A stretch of 64,000 bases of DNA from Candidatus Dormiibacterota bacterium (GCA_035936995.1 DASYVR010000025.1:7920-71919), one strand, 5' to 3'; counted from the first letter of the stretch, positions 34,181 through 43,637 are shown. Notes: generated from the sequence alone by a model not told the origin. Numbers and translations: made by a program.

Positions 34181-34233
34181 TAGGGTGGCGGGATTCCCCG
34201 CATGTCGTCAGGGTCGCGGGATTCCCGCGTGTC
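34180..34233 (-). repeat. tandem pair of type-B units in reverse orientation (3' end of cydA)
   Basis: The minus strand reads CACGCGGGAATCCCGCGACCCTGACGACATGCGGGGAATCCCGCCACCCTAA. That is two [hairpin + ACCCTRA] units. Confidence 0.85.
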
Positions 34234-35541
34234 GGCAATCGCAGCGCGCCGGCGTTCGCGCTGTGCCAGGAGGAGGAGCAGGCGTGCCAGCGTGACGCCG
34301 AGGGCGACGTAGAGCAAGAGAAAGATGATGAAGGTTGGGCCCAGGGCGGGTGAGGAGGTCGCGGCCGCCGAGGTGCGCATGACGCCGTAGATGATCCAGG
34401 GTTGCCGGCCGAATTCGGTGACGAACCAACCGCCTTCCATCGTCACCACGCTGGCGGGCCCCGCGAGGATCAGCGCCAGTAACAGCCAGCGGTCAGTCGG
34501 TGGCGCGCGCCGGCGCACCGCAAGCAGCCAGTAGAGCAGACCACAGAGGCCGAGCGCCAGCCCGAATCCGACCATGATCTGGAAGGAGAGGTGGACGACG
34601 AGCACGTTCGGCCACAGGTCGCGGGGATAGGCGTCGAGTCCTTTGATCGTCGCATTCGGGTCGCCTTTCACCAGCCAGCTCAGCAGGCGGGGAATCTCGA
34701 TCGCCAGCACCATGCGGTTCTGGCTGGGCAGCGGCACACCGCCAATATGGAGGGGCGCGCCTGATGTGGTGGGGAACAGGCCCTCCTGCGAGGCAAACTT
34801 GATCGGCTGGTCGCCGGCGATGAAGCGCGCGCTCGTGTCGCCTGTGATCCCGGCCAGCCCGCTGGCCACCACGGCCATGACCATCGCCAGCGGCAGGGCG
34901 CGGCGGTGTAACGCGTCACCGTGTCCGCGCAGAAAACCGGCAGCATAGACGGCCGCGACCGCGAAGCCGCTGACGACGTAGGCGGAAACCAGCATATGCA
35001 GGTCCTCGGTGGGCGTCGACGGGTTGAAGGCGGCGGCCAGGGGATCGACGCGGATGATCCGATTGCCAGCCACCTGGTAGCCGGTCGGCGAGTTCATCCA
35101 GGCGTTCACCATGACGACGAACAGGGATGAGGCCGCGCCAGAAATCGCGATCGGCAGCGAACAGAGCCAGTGCGCCAGCGGACTGAGACGGTCCCATCCG
35201 TAGAGGTAGAGGCCGAGAAAGATCGCTTCGATGAAGAAGGCGAAGCCCTCCGCCGAAAAGGGGAGGCCGACGATGCTGCCGCTGAACGCCATGAAGCCGG
35301 GCCAGAGCAGCCCGAGCTCGAAGGACAGCGCCGTGCCGGAGACCGCGCCGATCGCGAAGATCAGACTGAAGGCCTTCGTCCAGCGGCGGGCCAGCGCGAT
35401 CCAGGCGGGGTCGTGCCGCCAGAGTCCGATCGCTTCGGCCGCAGACATCAACAGCGGCATCCCCACACCCAGCACGGCGAAGACGATGTGGAACCCGAGT
35501 GAAGTGCCCATGATCGCCCGGGAGAGGACGACGTTATCCAT
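34180..35541 (-). CDS. cydA: cytochrome bd ubiquinol oxidase subunit I; the last ~17 codons are encoded by a tandem type-B repeat
   Basis: LSRAIMGTSLGFHIVFA, GWFVTEFGRQPW. Tail is ADTRESRDPDDMRGIPPP. Confidence 0.9.
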   Translation of the reverse strand: MDNVVLSRAIMGTSLGFHIVFAVLGVGMPLLMSAAEAIGLWRHDPAWIALARRWTKAFSLIFAIGAVSGTALSFELGLLWPGFMAFSGSIVGLPFSAEGFAFFIEAIFLGLYLYGWDRLSPLAHWLCSLPIAISGAASSLFVVMVNAWMNSPTGYQVAGNRIIRVDPLAAAFNPSTPTEDLHMLVSAYVVSGFAVAAVYAAGFLRGHGDALHRRALPLAMVMAVVASGLAGITGDTSARFIAGDQPIKFASQEGLFPTTSGAPLHIGGVPLPSQNRMVLAIEIPRLLSWLVKGDPNATIKGLDAYPRDLWPNVLVVHLSFQIMVGFGLALGLCGLLYWLLAVRRRAPPTDRWLLLALILAGPASVVTMEGGWFVTEFGRQPWIIYGVMRTSAAATSSPALGPTFIIFLLLYVALGVTLARLLLLLAQRERRRAAIADTRESRDPDDMRGIPPP

Positions 35542-35650
35542 GGCCTTTCCCTAAAAGATAGCCTCGGGGCGGACGCTTCGATGCAAAGGCAGGAGATCCG
35601 GTCGAGCGCTTCGCGGCGGAAGCCGACAAGCATCCGGTCTTCGAGGTCCT

Positions 35651-35692
35651 GTCAGGGTAGGCCCCACCCTAACCTCCCCCAGAGGGGGAGGG
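35651..35692 (+). repeat. type-A repeat (intergenic, between cydA and cvpA) preceded by an inverted ACCCTGAC module
   Basis: GTCAGGGTAGGCCCCACCCTAACCTCCCCCAGAGGGGGAGGG. Confidence 0.9.
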
Positions 35693-35698
35693 AAATTG

Positions 35699-36367
35699 CT
35701 AGGCCTTTGGGAGCGTCACGTGCCGACCGATGATCGGCAGGCGTGCACCGTACTGCAGCACCACGGGGGCAAGCTGGCTGGCGGCGAGCTGGGGACGCAG
35801 CGTTCGTTCGTAGTAGTTGATCACCTGAGCGTATTGGCCGAGCTGCGTCAGCGGAACCGGGTGCGTCGAGGCGACGTTCGCCAGCTGGCCCAACTCACTC
35901 GACGGCACCAGCCCGGCCGCCTGCGGATTCTCGGCCAGCAACATCCGCATCGCCGCGACCTGGGTCGGCTGGATGGACCTGACCTGACTAAGCGGGTCGA
36001 GCACGCGACCGGCCCCGGCCAAGCCGAGTAAGACGACATAGACGATGACGAAGGCGAGGGCGCCGTTCGCCGCCGCGCCCAGGAGTGTGTCGAGCTGCTT
36101 GGTCAGCGGCAATCGGAACAACGACTGAAATAGCGTGCGGGCGGCGAAACCGACGACCAACGCCAGCGCGATCGGCAAAAGGAAGATCGCAAGCGGCCGC
36201 GGAACGCTGGAGGGAACCAGTCCGGCCAGACTCGGGTGGGTCGAGACGATCCAGTAGCTGAGGAGAAAGGTCCCCTCGGCCAGGAGGGGCCCGATCAGCC
36301 CATTTCGCCAACCGATCAGCACGCCCAGACCGATCACCACCACGATTCCGATATCCACCAGGTTCAT
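35699..36367 (-). CDS. CvpA-family membrane protein with a C-terminal extension
   Basis: The N-terminus MNLVDIGIVVVIGLGVLIGWRNGLI is typical of CvpA. Four TM segments. Confidence 0.7.
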   Translation of the reverse strand: MNLVDIGIVVVIGLGVLIGWRNGLIGPLLAEGTFLLSYWIVSTHPSLAGLVPSSVPRPLAIFLLPIALALVVGFAARTLFQSLFRLPLTKQLDTLLGAAANGALAFVIVYVVLLGLAGAGRVLDPLSQVRSIQPTQVAAMRMLLAENPQAAGLVPSSELGQLANVASTHPVPLTQLGQYAQVINYYERTLRPQLAASQLAPVVLQYGARLPIIGRHVTLPKA

Positions 36368-36669
36368 AAGGCGACGCCATTGTCGCCGATGGCGCCGGAG
36401 AACTCAACTAGAGGCAGCCGTGGGAAGTCCTTACCGGGGCGGTCGCCGGCCTCTATCCCGCGCTACGTGCCGCGCGCCTGGCTTCGTAAAGCGTCGGGCG
36501 GAAACCGCCTGAGCTGGAGGGCTTCTCCACCATGCCTGGGCGGCCGCGGAAGCCAAAAAGGCCAACAAACCGCTCCAGCGCGTTCGCGTCACCGTGGCGT
36601 CAATGGCCGGTGACGCACGGCGGTAGCAGTGCAGCCGGAGCCCGTCGAAGCGGCCGCAGTTTCGGTCGC

Positions 36670-37782
36670 CTAGCGGCGAAGCTGCGGCGCGCGTGGAGGG
36701 GAGGTCGCGACGGCGGTGATCCGGACGTCGCGCCGCACTGCCTCGGCGGCGGCGAAGTTCAGCAGGCGGTCGCCCTCCTCGGCCACCGCTATCCGGTCGG
36801 TCTTCGTGAGACGTCGTAAGGGCTCGATCGTCAACGTCGCGGCATCGCGTGCTCGCTTGATTGTCCAGGTGCCGTGGACGAAGCCATCGACCAGGAGCGT
36901 GCCCGTGAAAATCACATAGCGGTATGCGTGGTCGATGACCCGGGTGCGGTCATCGTGACCGATCAGCAGGTTGTCGTACTCGGGGAGGAAGCGCGGTGGG
37001 GCGGGGGTCTGCGGATCGGGCAGTGGGCCATCCAGCACGTCGAACAGCTCGCGGCCGCGCTCGTCCTGAAAGGTTCGAAGCGTGGGACGGAGTCGCTCGA
37101 CACCGTCGCGGAGCGCCGTCAATCCAGACCAGGCAGAGATGTCGGAGACGGTGGCCGGACCGAAGGCGGCCAGGTAGCGCAAGATCAATTTGTCAATCGA
37201 GGGCTTGCGGGCGAGCGGCCGGCCGAGCCACAGCTCCGCCGTGGTACAGGTCGCCTGGGCGCTCTTTCCCCAGACGCCCCGCGGCGGCACCTGGACCAAT
37301 GCGAGCAGGTGACGAATGGCGTAGGCAAGCGACGTGGCGTCGCGGTCCGGCCAACGCCGGCGGAGGAGGGCGCCGAGCTCCGTAAGCGTGCGGGGCTTCT
37401 CTTTCATGAGCTTGGTCGCCTGGCGAATCAGGGGTTGCATCTCCATACCCACCAGGTTCCGACCGAAGGGTGAGGCCTGCAGTGAGCGCTCAAGGACAGG
37501 TTGGAACAGCGGACGCAGCGCGATGCAGTCGGGTGCGGTCACCAGGTGGATGGTGTTGCGCAGTATCCCGAGCCGAACCGCACGCCGCTGACTGATCAGG
37601 TCCGCCAGCTCGTTCGGCCGGAATGCTTCGAGCCGTGTCCACAGGCCAACGTACGGGGAATTCGGCACCTGGGCCTGCATCGCCACCAGGTGCTCGATCT
37701 CGTCGGCGGCCGATGCCTTGCGGCGGCGAAGTAAGTGCTGGCGCTCGAGCAGGGCGCGGTTCAGCGCCCGCTGGCTGAGCAC
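36670..37782 (-). CDS. winged-helix DNA glycosylase-like protein (YcaQ/AlkZ family)
   Basis: ALLERQHLL ... EHLVAMQAQVPNSPYVGLWTRL ... RNTIHLV. GTG 37782 taken as the start. The N-terminal 155 aa of track ORF 36670..38247 is Arg/Pro-rich off-frame sequence. Confidence 0.7.
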   Translation of the reverse strand: MLSQRALNRALLERQHLLRRRKASAADEIEHLVAMQAQVPNSPYVGLWTRLEAFRPNELADLISQRRAVRLGILRNTIHLVTAPDCIALRPLFQPVLERSLQASPFGRNLVGMEMQPLIRQATKLMKEKPRTLTELGALLRRRWPDRDATSLAYAIRHLLALVQVPPRGVWGKSAQATCTTAELWLGRPLARKPSIDKLILRYLAAFGPATVSDISAWSGLTALRDGVERLRPTLRTFQDERGRELFDVLDGPLPDPQTPAPPRFLPEYDNLLIGHDDRTRVIDHAYRYVIFTGTLLVDGFVHGTWTIKRARDAATLTIEPLRRLTKTDRIAVAEEGDRLLNFAAAEAVRRDVRITAVATSPPRAPQLRR

Positions 37783-37805
37783 CCTTCCCGAACCGCGCGA
37801 GGGAC

Positions 37806-38275
37806 TCAACGGACGAAGCGTCGCTTGGTCACGAGACTGTCGACGATCGCGCCGGCGATCAAGACCGCGACCAGCGCCGCAAGCTGGGCGACCGGCGTGA
37901 CGGCGATGCCGATCAGCGATGTCGGCAGAGCGAGGATCGCGATGCTCAGCCGGACAATGATCGGCCCGCTGTGCAAGAGCCAGCGGAAGAGGACCAGACC
38001 AAGGGCATAGGCAGCAACGCCTGAGGCGAGGAAGAGCGCCGTCGATACGGTTGCCGGCCGGTCGTACCCAGCGACCGCCAGCTTCATTCCCGCGGCCACC
38101 ACAACGATACCGCCGAGGAGGGGCAGGAAGATGTAGCCGAACGCCTGGACGGCCAACCACGGTCGCCGCCCCTGGGATGCTTCGCGAAGACGAAGACCAG
38201 GTCGAAGAACAGCTCGAGCGACGAAACGTGGACCTCCGGCTCGACAACCTGGGCCGACCCGCCGGATACTCTCAC
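37806..38275 (-). pseudogene. remnant of a low-temperature-requirement A (LtrA)-family membrane protein: frameshift plus a large internal deletion
   Basis: The LtrA N-terminal hallmark SLELFFDLVFVFA (ORF 38084..38275) and LtrA-like C-terminal TM helices (ORF 37806..38294) lie in different frames. Together they give only about 160 codons, against about 400 for the family. Confidence 0.55.
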
Positions 38276-38353
38276 GGAATCCGAGCTTAACCATCTCGCA
38301 CTCTCCCGGCGAGATTGAAGGAAAACCAGACCGGTTAGGTTTAGGCTAGCGGC

Positions 38354-39034
38354 GTGAAGGATGTCCTTCGCTTGCTGGAGTCTCAGCGGGAAACCGAGCG
38401 CCGGTTCGTGGCCGACGCCACCGGCGAGCCCGATTACCCTCGGGGCTGGCCGGCGGCGCTACTCATGGCTCATGTCTCCAGCTGGCGTGAACAGCTTCGC
38501 GGCGGGTTGATCGAGGCCAGTCGCGGGCAGCCGGTTTCTGCGCCGCCGACCGATGTCGACGCATTCAACGCAGCAGAGCTGGCCAGGAGTGCCGGATTCT
38601 CGCTTTCGGATGCGGCGACCCGGGCAGACGCGCTGCTCGGTGACCTGATCGATCTATGGGCGACATTGGGAGACCGGCCCTTCGGCTGGTACATCGCGAA
38701 GACGACCGGGGAGGCGCTGATCCGCAACAGTTACGCTCATCCACGGAATCACCTGGCGGAGCATTTCATCGAGCGCGGAGATGCCGCGCGCGGCTATCGG
38801 ACGTACGAGGAATCGGCGGCAGAGCTTCGAACGGTCGAGGCCCCGGGTCACATCCTCGGGCCAGCACTGTACAACGTGGCCTGCGCTCGTGTCGGCCAGC
38901 GCCGGTTCGGTGAGGCGCTGCGCTTGCTGGAGGAGGCGATGCCGATGCGCCCTGAGATGCGTGCGACCGCCGCTGCGGACACGGATCTCGCGCCGCTCAA
39001 GAACGACCCACGCTTTCACGCGTTGCTGAGCTAG
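38354..39034 (+). CDS. hypothetical protein (DinB-like N-terminal half, TPR-like C-terminal half)
   Basis: ORF with normal amino-acid composition. The C-terminal pattern LYNVACARVGQRRFGEALRLLEEA ... DLAPLKNDPRF is TPR-like. Confidence 0.5.
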   Translation: MKDVLRLLESQRETERRFVADATGEPDYPRGWPAALLMAHVSSWREQLRGGLIEASRGQPVSAPPTDVDAFNAAELARSAGFSLSDAATRADALLGDLIDLWATLGDRPFGWYIAKTTGEALIRNSYAHPRNHLAEHFIERGDAARGYRTYEESAAELRTVEAPGHILGPALYNVACARVGQRRFGEALRLLEEAMPMRPEMRATAAADTDLAPLKNDPRFHALLS

Positions 39035-39443
39035 GTCGAGTGGCCGCCGGCGGAGGGCGGAGGAACGCGATCCCGTAGGCGATCGCGCATAACGGGAGAT
39101 CGATGTGAATCCCCCAATAACCGACCCGCTCAGGGATGAGCCAGGCCAGGAGGATGTAGAGCGCGACGGCTGTAGCATGCGCGGCCAGCTGGAGTCGTAT
39201 GGAGCGGCCGTACGTGACGGCGAACGCGGTGAGAACGAGGGGGAGGAAGGCCGTGAAGCGGCCGACGGAGAACCCGGCGATGAAGGAAAAAACAAAACCG
39301 CCGAGCGTCGCCACAGAAAGAATCGCCAGCGCCCGACGGTAGCGCCCCTCGAGAAACGGGATCCCGCTCAGGGTGCCGAACAGAAATAGCCCCAGACTGC
39401 TCCACGCGATCGCGCCGAGCGCAGCCTGCCATCCGGTTTCCAC
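38997..39443 (-). CDS. hypothetical 4-TM membrane protein
   Basis: Hydrophobic helices. The 3' end overlaps the convergent gene by 38 nt. Confidence 0.45.
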   Translation of the reverse strand: METGWQAALGAIAWSSLGLFLFGTLSGIPFLEGRYRRALAILSVATLGGFVFSFIAGFSVGRFTAFLPLVLTAFAVTYGRSIRLQLAAHATAVALYILLAWLIPERVGYWGIHIDLPLCAIAYGIAFLRPPPAATRPSSATRESVGRS

Positions 39444-39534
39444 GTATTCCAGCTCAGGATAGTCGGGGCGGGCTGCTGATCGACTTCGCGATCTTGTCCC
39501 GCACCATCGCTGGACCTATGCTCGTGCCAGAGTC

Positions 39535-40455
39535 ATGGCACAAGGCAGTCGCTCCTACCGGATGCGCTGGGTCGATGTCTTCACCGATCGGCCGTTCGCG
39601 GGGAACCCGCTGGCGGTGGTGCTGTCGGCCGACGGCCTCTCCACCGAGCAGATGCAGGCGGTCGCCCGGGAGACGAACCTGTCTGAGACGACCTTCGTGC
39701 TCCCGCCGCAGACCCGCGGTCACGCCGCCAGGGTGCGGATATTCACGCCGCACGTCGAGCTACCGTTCGCGGGCCACCCCACGATCGGCACCAGCTGGGT
39801 GCTGCTGACCGAGGGATTGGTGAGTGCCGATGCGCCGGCCCTAACGTTGGAAGAGGGCGTGGGGCCAGTGCCGGTCCGGATCGAGCGCGACGGCACCCGA
39901 CTGGTCCTGTGGATGACGCATCCGCCGGTGAAGTTCGGCGCGGTGATCGAGGGGCGCGCCGAGGTCGCCGCCGCCCTGCGGATCACGGTCGACGAGCTCC
40001 GTCCGAACGTCCCGCTGCAGCTGGTTTCGACCGGCCTCCCGTTTCTGTATGTGGCGCTGAAGGATGCGGCCGCCGTCGATGCCGCCGCCTCGCGTGGTGA
40101 AGCCCTCGCCAGCGTCCTCGACTCGCATAGCCGCCCGCCGGTCTTCCTGTTCGCCGCAACCGGCGGGAACCGTCTCTACAGCCGGATGTTCGCACCGCAC
40201 ACAGACTCCCCCCTTGCTGAAGACCCCGCCACCGGCTCCGCCAGCGGTCCCCTCGGTGCCTTCGCGGTTCGCTACGGGTTGATTCCGCGGGCCGCCGACG
40301 TCGCCATCGTCAGCGAGCAGGGCACCAAGATGGGCCGGCAGAGCTTCGTGCAGATCAAGCTCGCCTATCGGCCCGCCGACGACCTCCCGACCCAGATCGA
40401 GGTGGGTGGCTCGGTGGTCCCGGTGATGACGGCGGAGCTCGCGGTAACCGGATGA
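39535..40455 (+). CDS. PhzF-family isomerase (start possibly Met 39562)
   Basis: VDVFTDRPFAGNPLAVV, SETTFV, RIFTP..ELPFAGHPTIG and the C-terminal half-domain repeat. Confidence 0.85.
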   Translation: MAQGSRSYRMRWVDVFTDRPFAGNPLAVVLSADGLSTEQMQAVARETNLSETTFVLPPQTRGHAARVRIFTPHVELPFAGHPTIGTSWVLLTEGLVSADAPALTLEEGVGPVPVRIERDGTRLVLWMTHPPVKFGAVIEGRAEVAAALRITVDELRPNVPLQLVSTGLPFLYVALKDAAAVDAAASRGEALASVLDSHSRPPVFLFAATGGNRLYSRMFAPHTDSPLAEDPATGSASGPLGAFAVRYGLIPRAADVAIVSEQGTKMGRQSFVQIKLAYRPADDLPTQIEVGGSVVPVMTAELAVTG

Positions 40456-40790
40456 CGCCTCCCTTCAGTCCCGTCCGTCGGATTGGCGACGTCGTCGCCC
40501 TGTCCGGACAGACCGGTGTGCGTGACGGTGAATTGGTCGGCGGCGGCTTTCTCGCCGAATTGCAGCAGGCCCTGGAGAACCTCGGCCGTTTGCTGGACGG
40601 CGCCGGCCTCTCGCCCCGCGACGTCATCAAGGTCAACGTCTACCTGACCGACATCGCCGACTGGAAACGGCTCAACCAACCGTATGCGGACTTCTTCGGC
40701 GAGCCCTACCCGGCCCGCACCGCGCTGGCCGTCGCCGCGCTGCCCGGCGGCGCGAAGGTAGAAATCGAGGCCTGGGCCATCAGTCCGTGA
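40452..40790 (+). CDS. RidA/YjgF/UK114-family protein
   Basis: VKVNVYLTDIADW ... PARTALAVAALPGGAKVEIE. ATGA overlap with the PhzF-like gene. Confidence 0.85.
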   Translation: MTPPFSPVRRIGDVVALSGQTGVRDGELVGGGFLAELQQALENLGRLLDGAGLSPRDVIKVNVYLTDIADWKRLNQPYADFFGEPYPARTALAVAALPGGAKVEIEAWAISP

Positions 40791-40799
40791 GTGGCGGCG

Positions 40800-41543
40800 T
40801 CATCGGGCTGACCGGGCTCGCGCTCGTGACGGGCGTGGTCGGGGGTGCGCACCGCGTGGCGCGGCGCTGGCTGCGACCGGCCGCCTGACGCCCGCTGAGA
40901 GCAGACTGAGGCGAGCGCCTGACTCCAGCACGTCGAGCGCGCGGTTGACCAGCTCCACGAGGCCGTGGCGACCGTTGGTTCGCATCCACTCGAGACTGGC
41001 CTCGAGCATCGCGCCAGTCACGACGCGCGCCGTGACGCGCAACTCGAAGTCATCGGGGCGGCGGCCGGTCCGTTCAGCCAGTAACTGCGCGATCAGCACC
41101 TGCGTGCGCTCGGCTTCGTCCCAAAGTCGTGCCCGCAGCTCCGGGACCTCGAGGAACAACCGGCCACGGGCGAGGATCAGGTGCTCGTCACGCTGAAACA
41201 CCGCCGCCAAGCCCTCGAGCACCTGGCGGAGGCCGACATTCAGCGGTTCGTCCTTGGGGCGCTCGAGGAACATCCGGATCGCCATCGGGTCATAGGCGTC
41301 GTAAAGGACCACGTCCTCCTTGGTCGGAAAATAATTGAAGAACGTGCTCGGTGAGATCTCAACGGCGGCGGCGATCTGCTCGACCGTCGTCTGCTCGTAG
41401 CCTTCCTTTTCGAAGAGCCGCAGCGCCGTCCGCTGGATCAACTCCCGCGTCTTTTGTTTCTTACGCTCGCGCAGCCCGATGGTCCCAGCCGGCTGACCAT
41501 CGGGCCGCGGCCGTTTTGCAGGCTTAACTGAGGCCATCGTCAC
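40800..41543 (-). CDS. TetR/AcrR-family transcriptional regulator
   Basis: HTH EGYEQTTVEQIAAAVEISPSTFFNYFPTKEDVV. ATGA overlap with the upstream MFS gene. Confidence 0.85.
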   Translation of the reverse strand: MTMASVKPAKRPRPDGQPAGTIGLRERKKQKTRELIQRTALRLFEKEGYEQTTVEQIAAAVEISPSTFFNYFPTKEDVVLYDAYDPMAIRMFLERPKDEPLNVGLRQVLEGLAAVFQRDEHLILARGRLFLEVPELRARLWDEAERTQVLIAQLLAERTGRRPDDFELRVTARVVTGAMLEASLEWMRTNGRHGLVELVNRALDVLESGARLSLLSAGVRRPVAASAAPRGAHPRPRPSRARARSAR

Positions 41544-43093
41544 ACGTCTCCGGCATCGATGGGCGAGACCCGGGCGGGGAGGAAGACCGCGATCGCGATG
41601 GCTGCCGCCAGCACCAACGCGGCGCTAACGAGCATCACCTCCGTCATCCCCTGCGTGTAGGCCTCGTTGGCAGCACGCGCCAGCGCGGCACCGATCGGCG
41701 CCGGGAAATGCGCGGCGACCGCATGAGCGCCGGCCACGCTACCCAGCGCCACCTCACGAGCACCGGACGGCAATGCCGCGACCTGCGGTCCGATCTGTGC
41801 CTGGTAGGCGTTATTGAGGATGCTGCCGAGGATGGCGACGCCGAACGTTGCGGCGATCTGTTGCAGGGCCCTGGTCAGCGCCGAGCCCGCGCCGGTCTGT
41901 GAGGGCGGCAGCGTCCCGAGGATAATGTCGAGCGTCGTTGGGAGGGCAATCCCCAGGCCAATGCCGATGACCGCCAGCGCCGCTGCCACCGGGCCATACC
42001 CGGCGTCGGCGCCGATCCGGGAGAAACCCAGCAACCCGGCGGCGGTCACGACCAATCCGGCAGATACGCCGATCCTGGCACCCAGCCTGGCGGCCAGGAC
42101 GTTGCCGATGACGGCACCGACGATCACGCCGGCGATCAGCGGTAGCAGTTTGATCCCGGTCGCCTGCGCGTCGTTACCCAGGACGATCTGGATGTAGGGC
42201 GTGAGGATGAACATCACGCCGAAGAGGGCGAAGCCGGTCACGACGAAGGCCATCGTCGCCCAGGTGAAGCCACGGTTCCGGAAGTTGCGGAGGTCGACGA
42301 AGGGCGACGGATGGCGCAGGTCCCAGACGATAAACGTGGCCAGGATCAGCGCGCCGCCGACGATCCCGACCAGGACCTGTGGGTCGGTCCAACCATGGAT
42401 CGGTTGCTCGATGACACCGTAGACGAGCGCCGTGACACCAATCACGGCGAGTAACCCGCCGACCAGGTCGAAGGGCCGCGGCTGCGGGTCCTTGCTCTCC
42501 GGCACCAGCAACCAGACGCCGACCAGCGCAATGACGACGACCGGCGCGTTGATCAGGAAGACGGATCCCCAGGCGTAGTGGGTCAGCAGCCAGCCGGCGA
42601 CCAGCGGGCCGAGCGGGAGGCCGAGGAAGGCGCCCGCGGCCGCGGCGCTGACGGCGCGGGGACGTTCCTTTTCGGTAAACATGCTGGGCAGGATGGAGAG
42701 GGATAGTGGGAGGATGAGCGCCGCGCCGACGCCCATCAGGGCGCGCATCGCGATCAGGCTGGTTGCGGTTGTCACCTGGCTGGCGATCACCGACGAGATA
42801 CCGAAGATGGCGAGCCCGACGAGCAGCAGTCGCTTACGGCCGTAACGGTCGCCAAGGACACCGCCGGGAAGCAACAGACCGCCGAGTGCCAGTGTGTAGG
42901 AGGCCGCGATCCACTGCAGATCGCTGGTCGTGGCGCCCAGCTTCGACGAAAGGGTAGGGAGGGCGGTGATCAGTACGGTCGAGTCGAGGCCGATGACGAG
43001 GCCGCTCACGACCAGAGCGGCGAGCGCCCACCAGCGCCCGGCTCGCCCATGCGCGGAAGGTTCGATATCGATTCTCCGGATGTCGACGGTCAT
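41540..43093 (-). CDS. MFS efflux transporter, DHA2 (EmrB/QacA, 14-TM) family
   Basis: GDRYGRKRLLL motif, about 14 hydrophobic segments, SD GGAGGTG upstream. Confidence 0.9.
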   Translation of the reverse strand: MTVDIRRIDIEPSAHGRAGRWWALAALVVSGLVIGLDSTVLITALPTLSSKLGATTSDLQWIAASYTLALGGLLLPGGVLGDRYGRKRLLLVGLAIFGISSVIASQVTTATSLIAMRALMGVGAALILPLSLSILPSMFTEKERPRAVSAAAAGAFLGLPLGPLVAGWLLTHYAWGSVFLINAPVVVIALVGVWLLVPESKDPQPRPFDLVGGLLAVIGVTALVYGVIEQPIHGWTDPQVLVGIVGGALILATFIVWDLRHPSPFVDLRNFRNRGFTWATMAFVVTGFALFGVMFILTPYIQIVLGNDAQATGIKLLPLIAGVIVGAVIGNVLAARLGARIGVSAGLVVTAAGLLGFSRIGADAGYGPVAAALAVIGIGLGIALPTTLDIILGTLPPSQTGAGSALTRALQQIAATFGVAILGSILNNAYQAQIGPQVAALPSGAREVALGSVAGAHAVAAHFPAPIGAALARAANEAYTQGMTEVMLVSAALVLAAAIAIAVFLPARVSPIDAGDV

Positions 43094-43104
43094 GGCGTCA
43101 CCTC

Positions 43105-43130
43105 CTAGTCACATTAAAATACTAGTGACT
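43105..43130. promoter_or_regulatory. candidate TetR operator upstream of the MFS(DHA2)-tetR operon
   Basis: CTAGTCAC-ATTAAAATA-CTAGTGACT. It holds the AGTCAC/GTGACT inverted repeat in an AT-rich stretch, 12-37 nt upstream of the MFS start codon. Confidence 0.4.
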
Positions 43131-43181
43131 CCAAAAATCAACTCGCTATAGGAAACAGACGGGTCGCGGCCCGGCCAACGA

Positions 43182-43637
43182 TTGCCTACGATTGACGCAA
43201 TGAGCCCGATGACGATGCCCAAGCCCAGCGAGCAGGCCAAGGCCGCCTTCCAGAAACTGGTGCCGGCAGACCCGGCGGTCGCGAGCCGGCCGATGTTCGG
43301 CAACCTGGCCGCGTTCGTCAATGGCAACATGTTCTGCGGTCTGTTCGGCGAGGACCTGTTCGTGCGCGTGTCCGACGCCGACCAGGCGAAGATCCGCAAG
43401 CAAGGTGGCAGGGCCTTCGAGCCGATGCCGGGACGGGCGATGACAGGCTACGTGGTGGTGCCGGCCGGCTGGCAGAAGAAGCCGGATGCGACCCGGGCCT
43501 GGGTGATCACGGCGCTGTCCTGGTCACGCGCCTTACCGGCAAAGGCGTCAAGGACCGCGAAGAAGGCGGGAACGAAAAAAGCTACCGCGACGAAATCCGT
43601 CGCGAAAAAGAGCGCCCCGGCTCGTCGTCCGCGCTAA
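43182..43637 (+). CDS. TfoX N-terminal-domain protein with a Lys/Ala-rich basic tail
   Basis: RPMFGNLAAFVNGNMFCGLFGEDLFVRV is TfoX_N-like. Tail is AKASRTAKKAGTKKATATKSVAKKSAPARRPR. Confidence 0.6.
   Translation: MPTIDAMSPMTMPKPSEQAKAAFQKLVPADPAVASRPMFGNLAAFVNGNMFCGLFGEDLFVRVSDADQAKIRKQGGRAFEPMPGRAMTGYVVVPAGWQKKPDATRAWVITALSWSRALPAKASRTAKKAGTKKATATKSVAKKSAPARRPR

Noticed and set aside
21855-34238. Long antisense ORFs (for example 21855..22853, 23004..23927, 29425..30621, 31680..32597 and 32745..34238; also 58139..59260 further right)
   Set aside because: They lie opposite genes with strong family signatures and have extreme Arg/Pro/Gly/Ala composition. They lack SD sequences. This is typical shadow-ORF behaviour in high-GC DNA.
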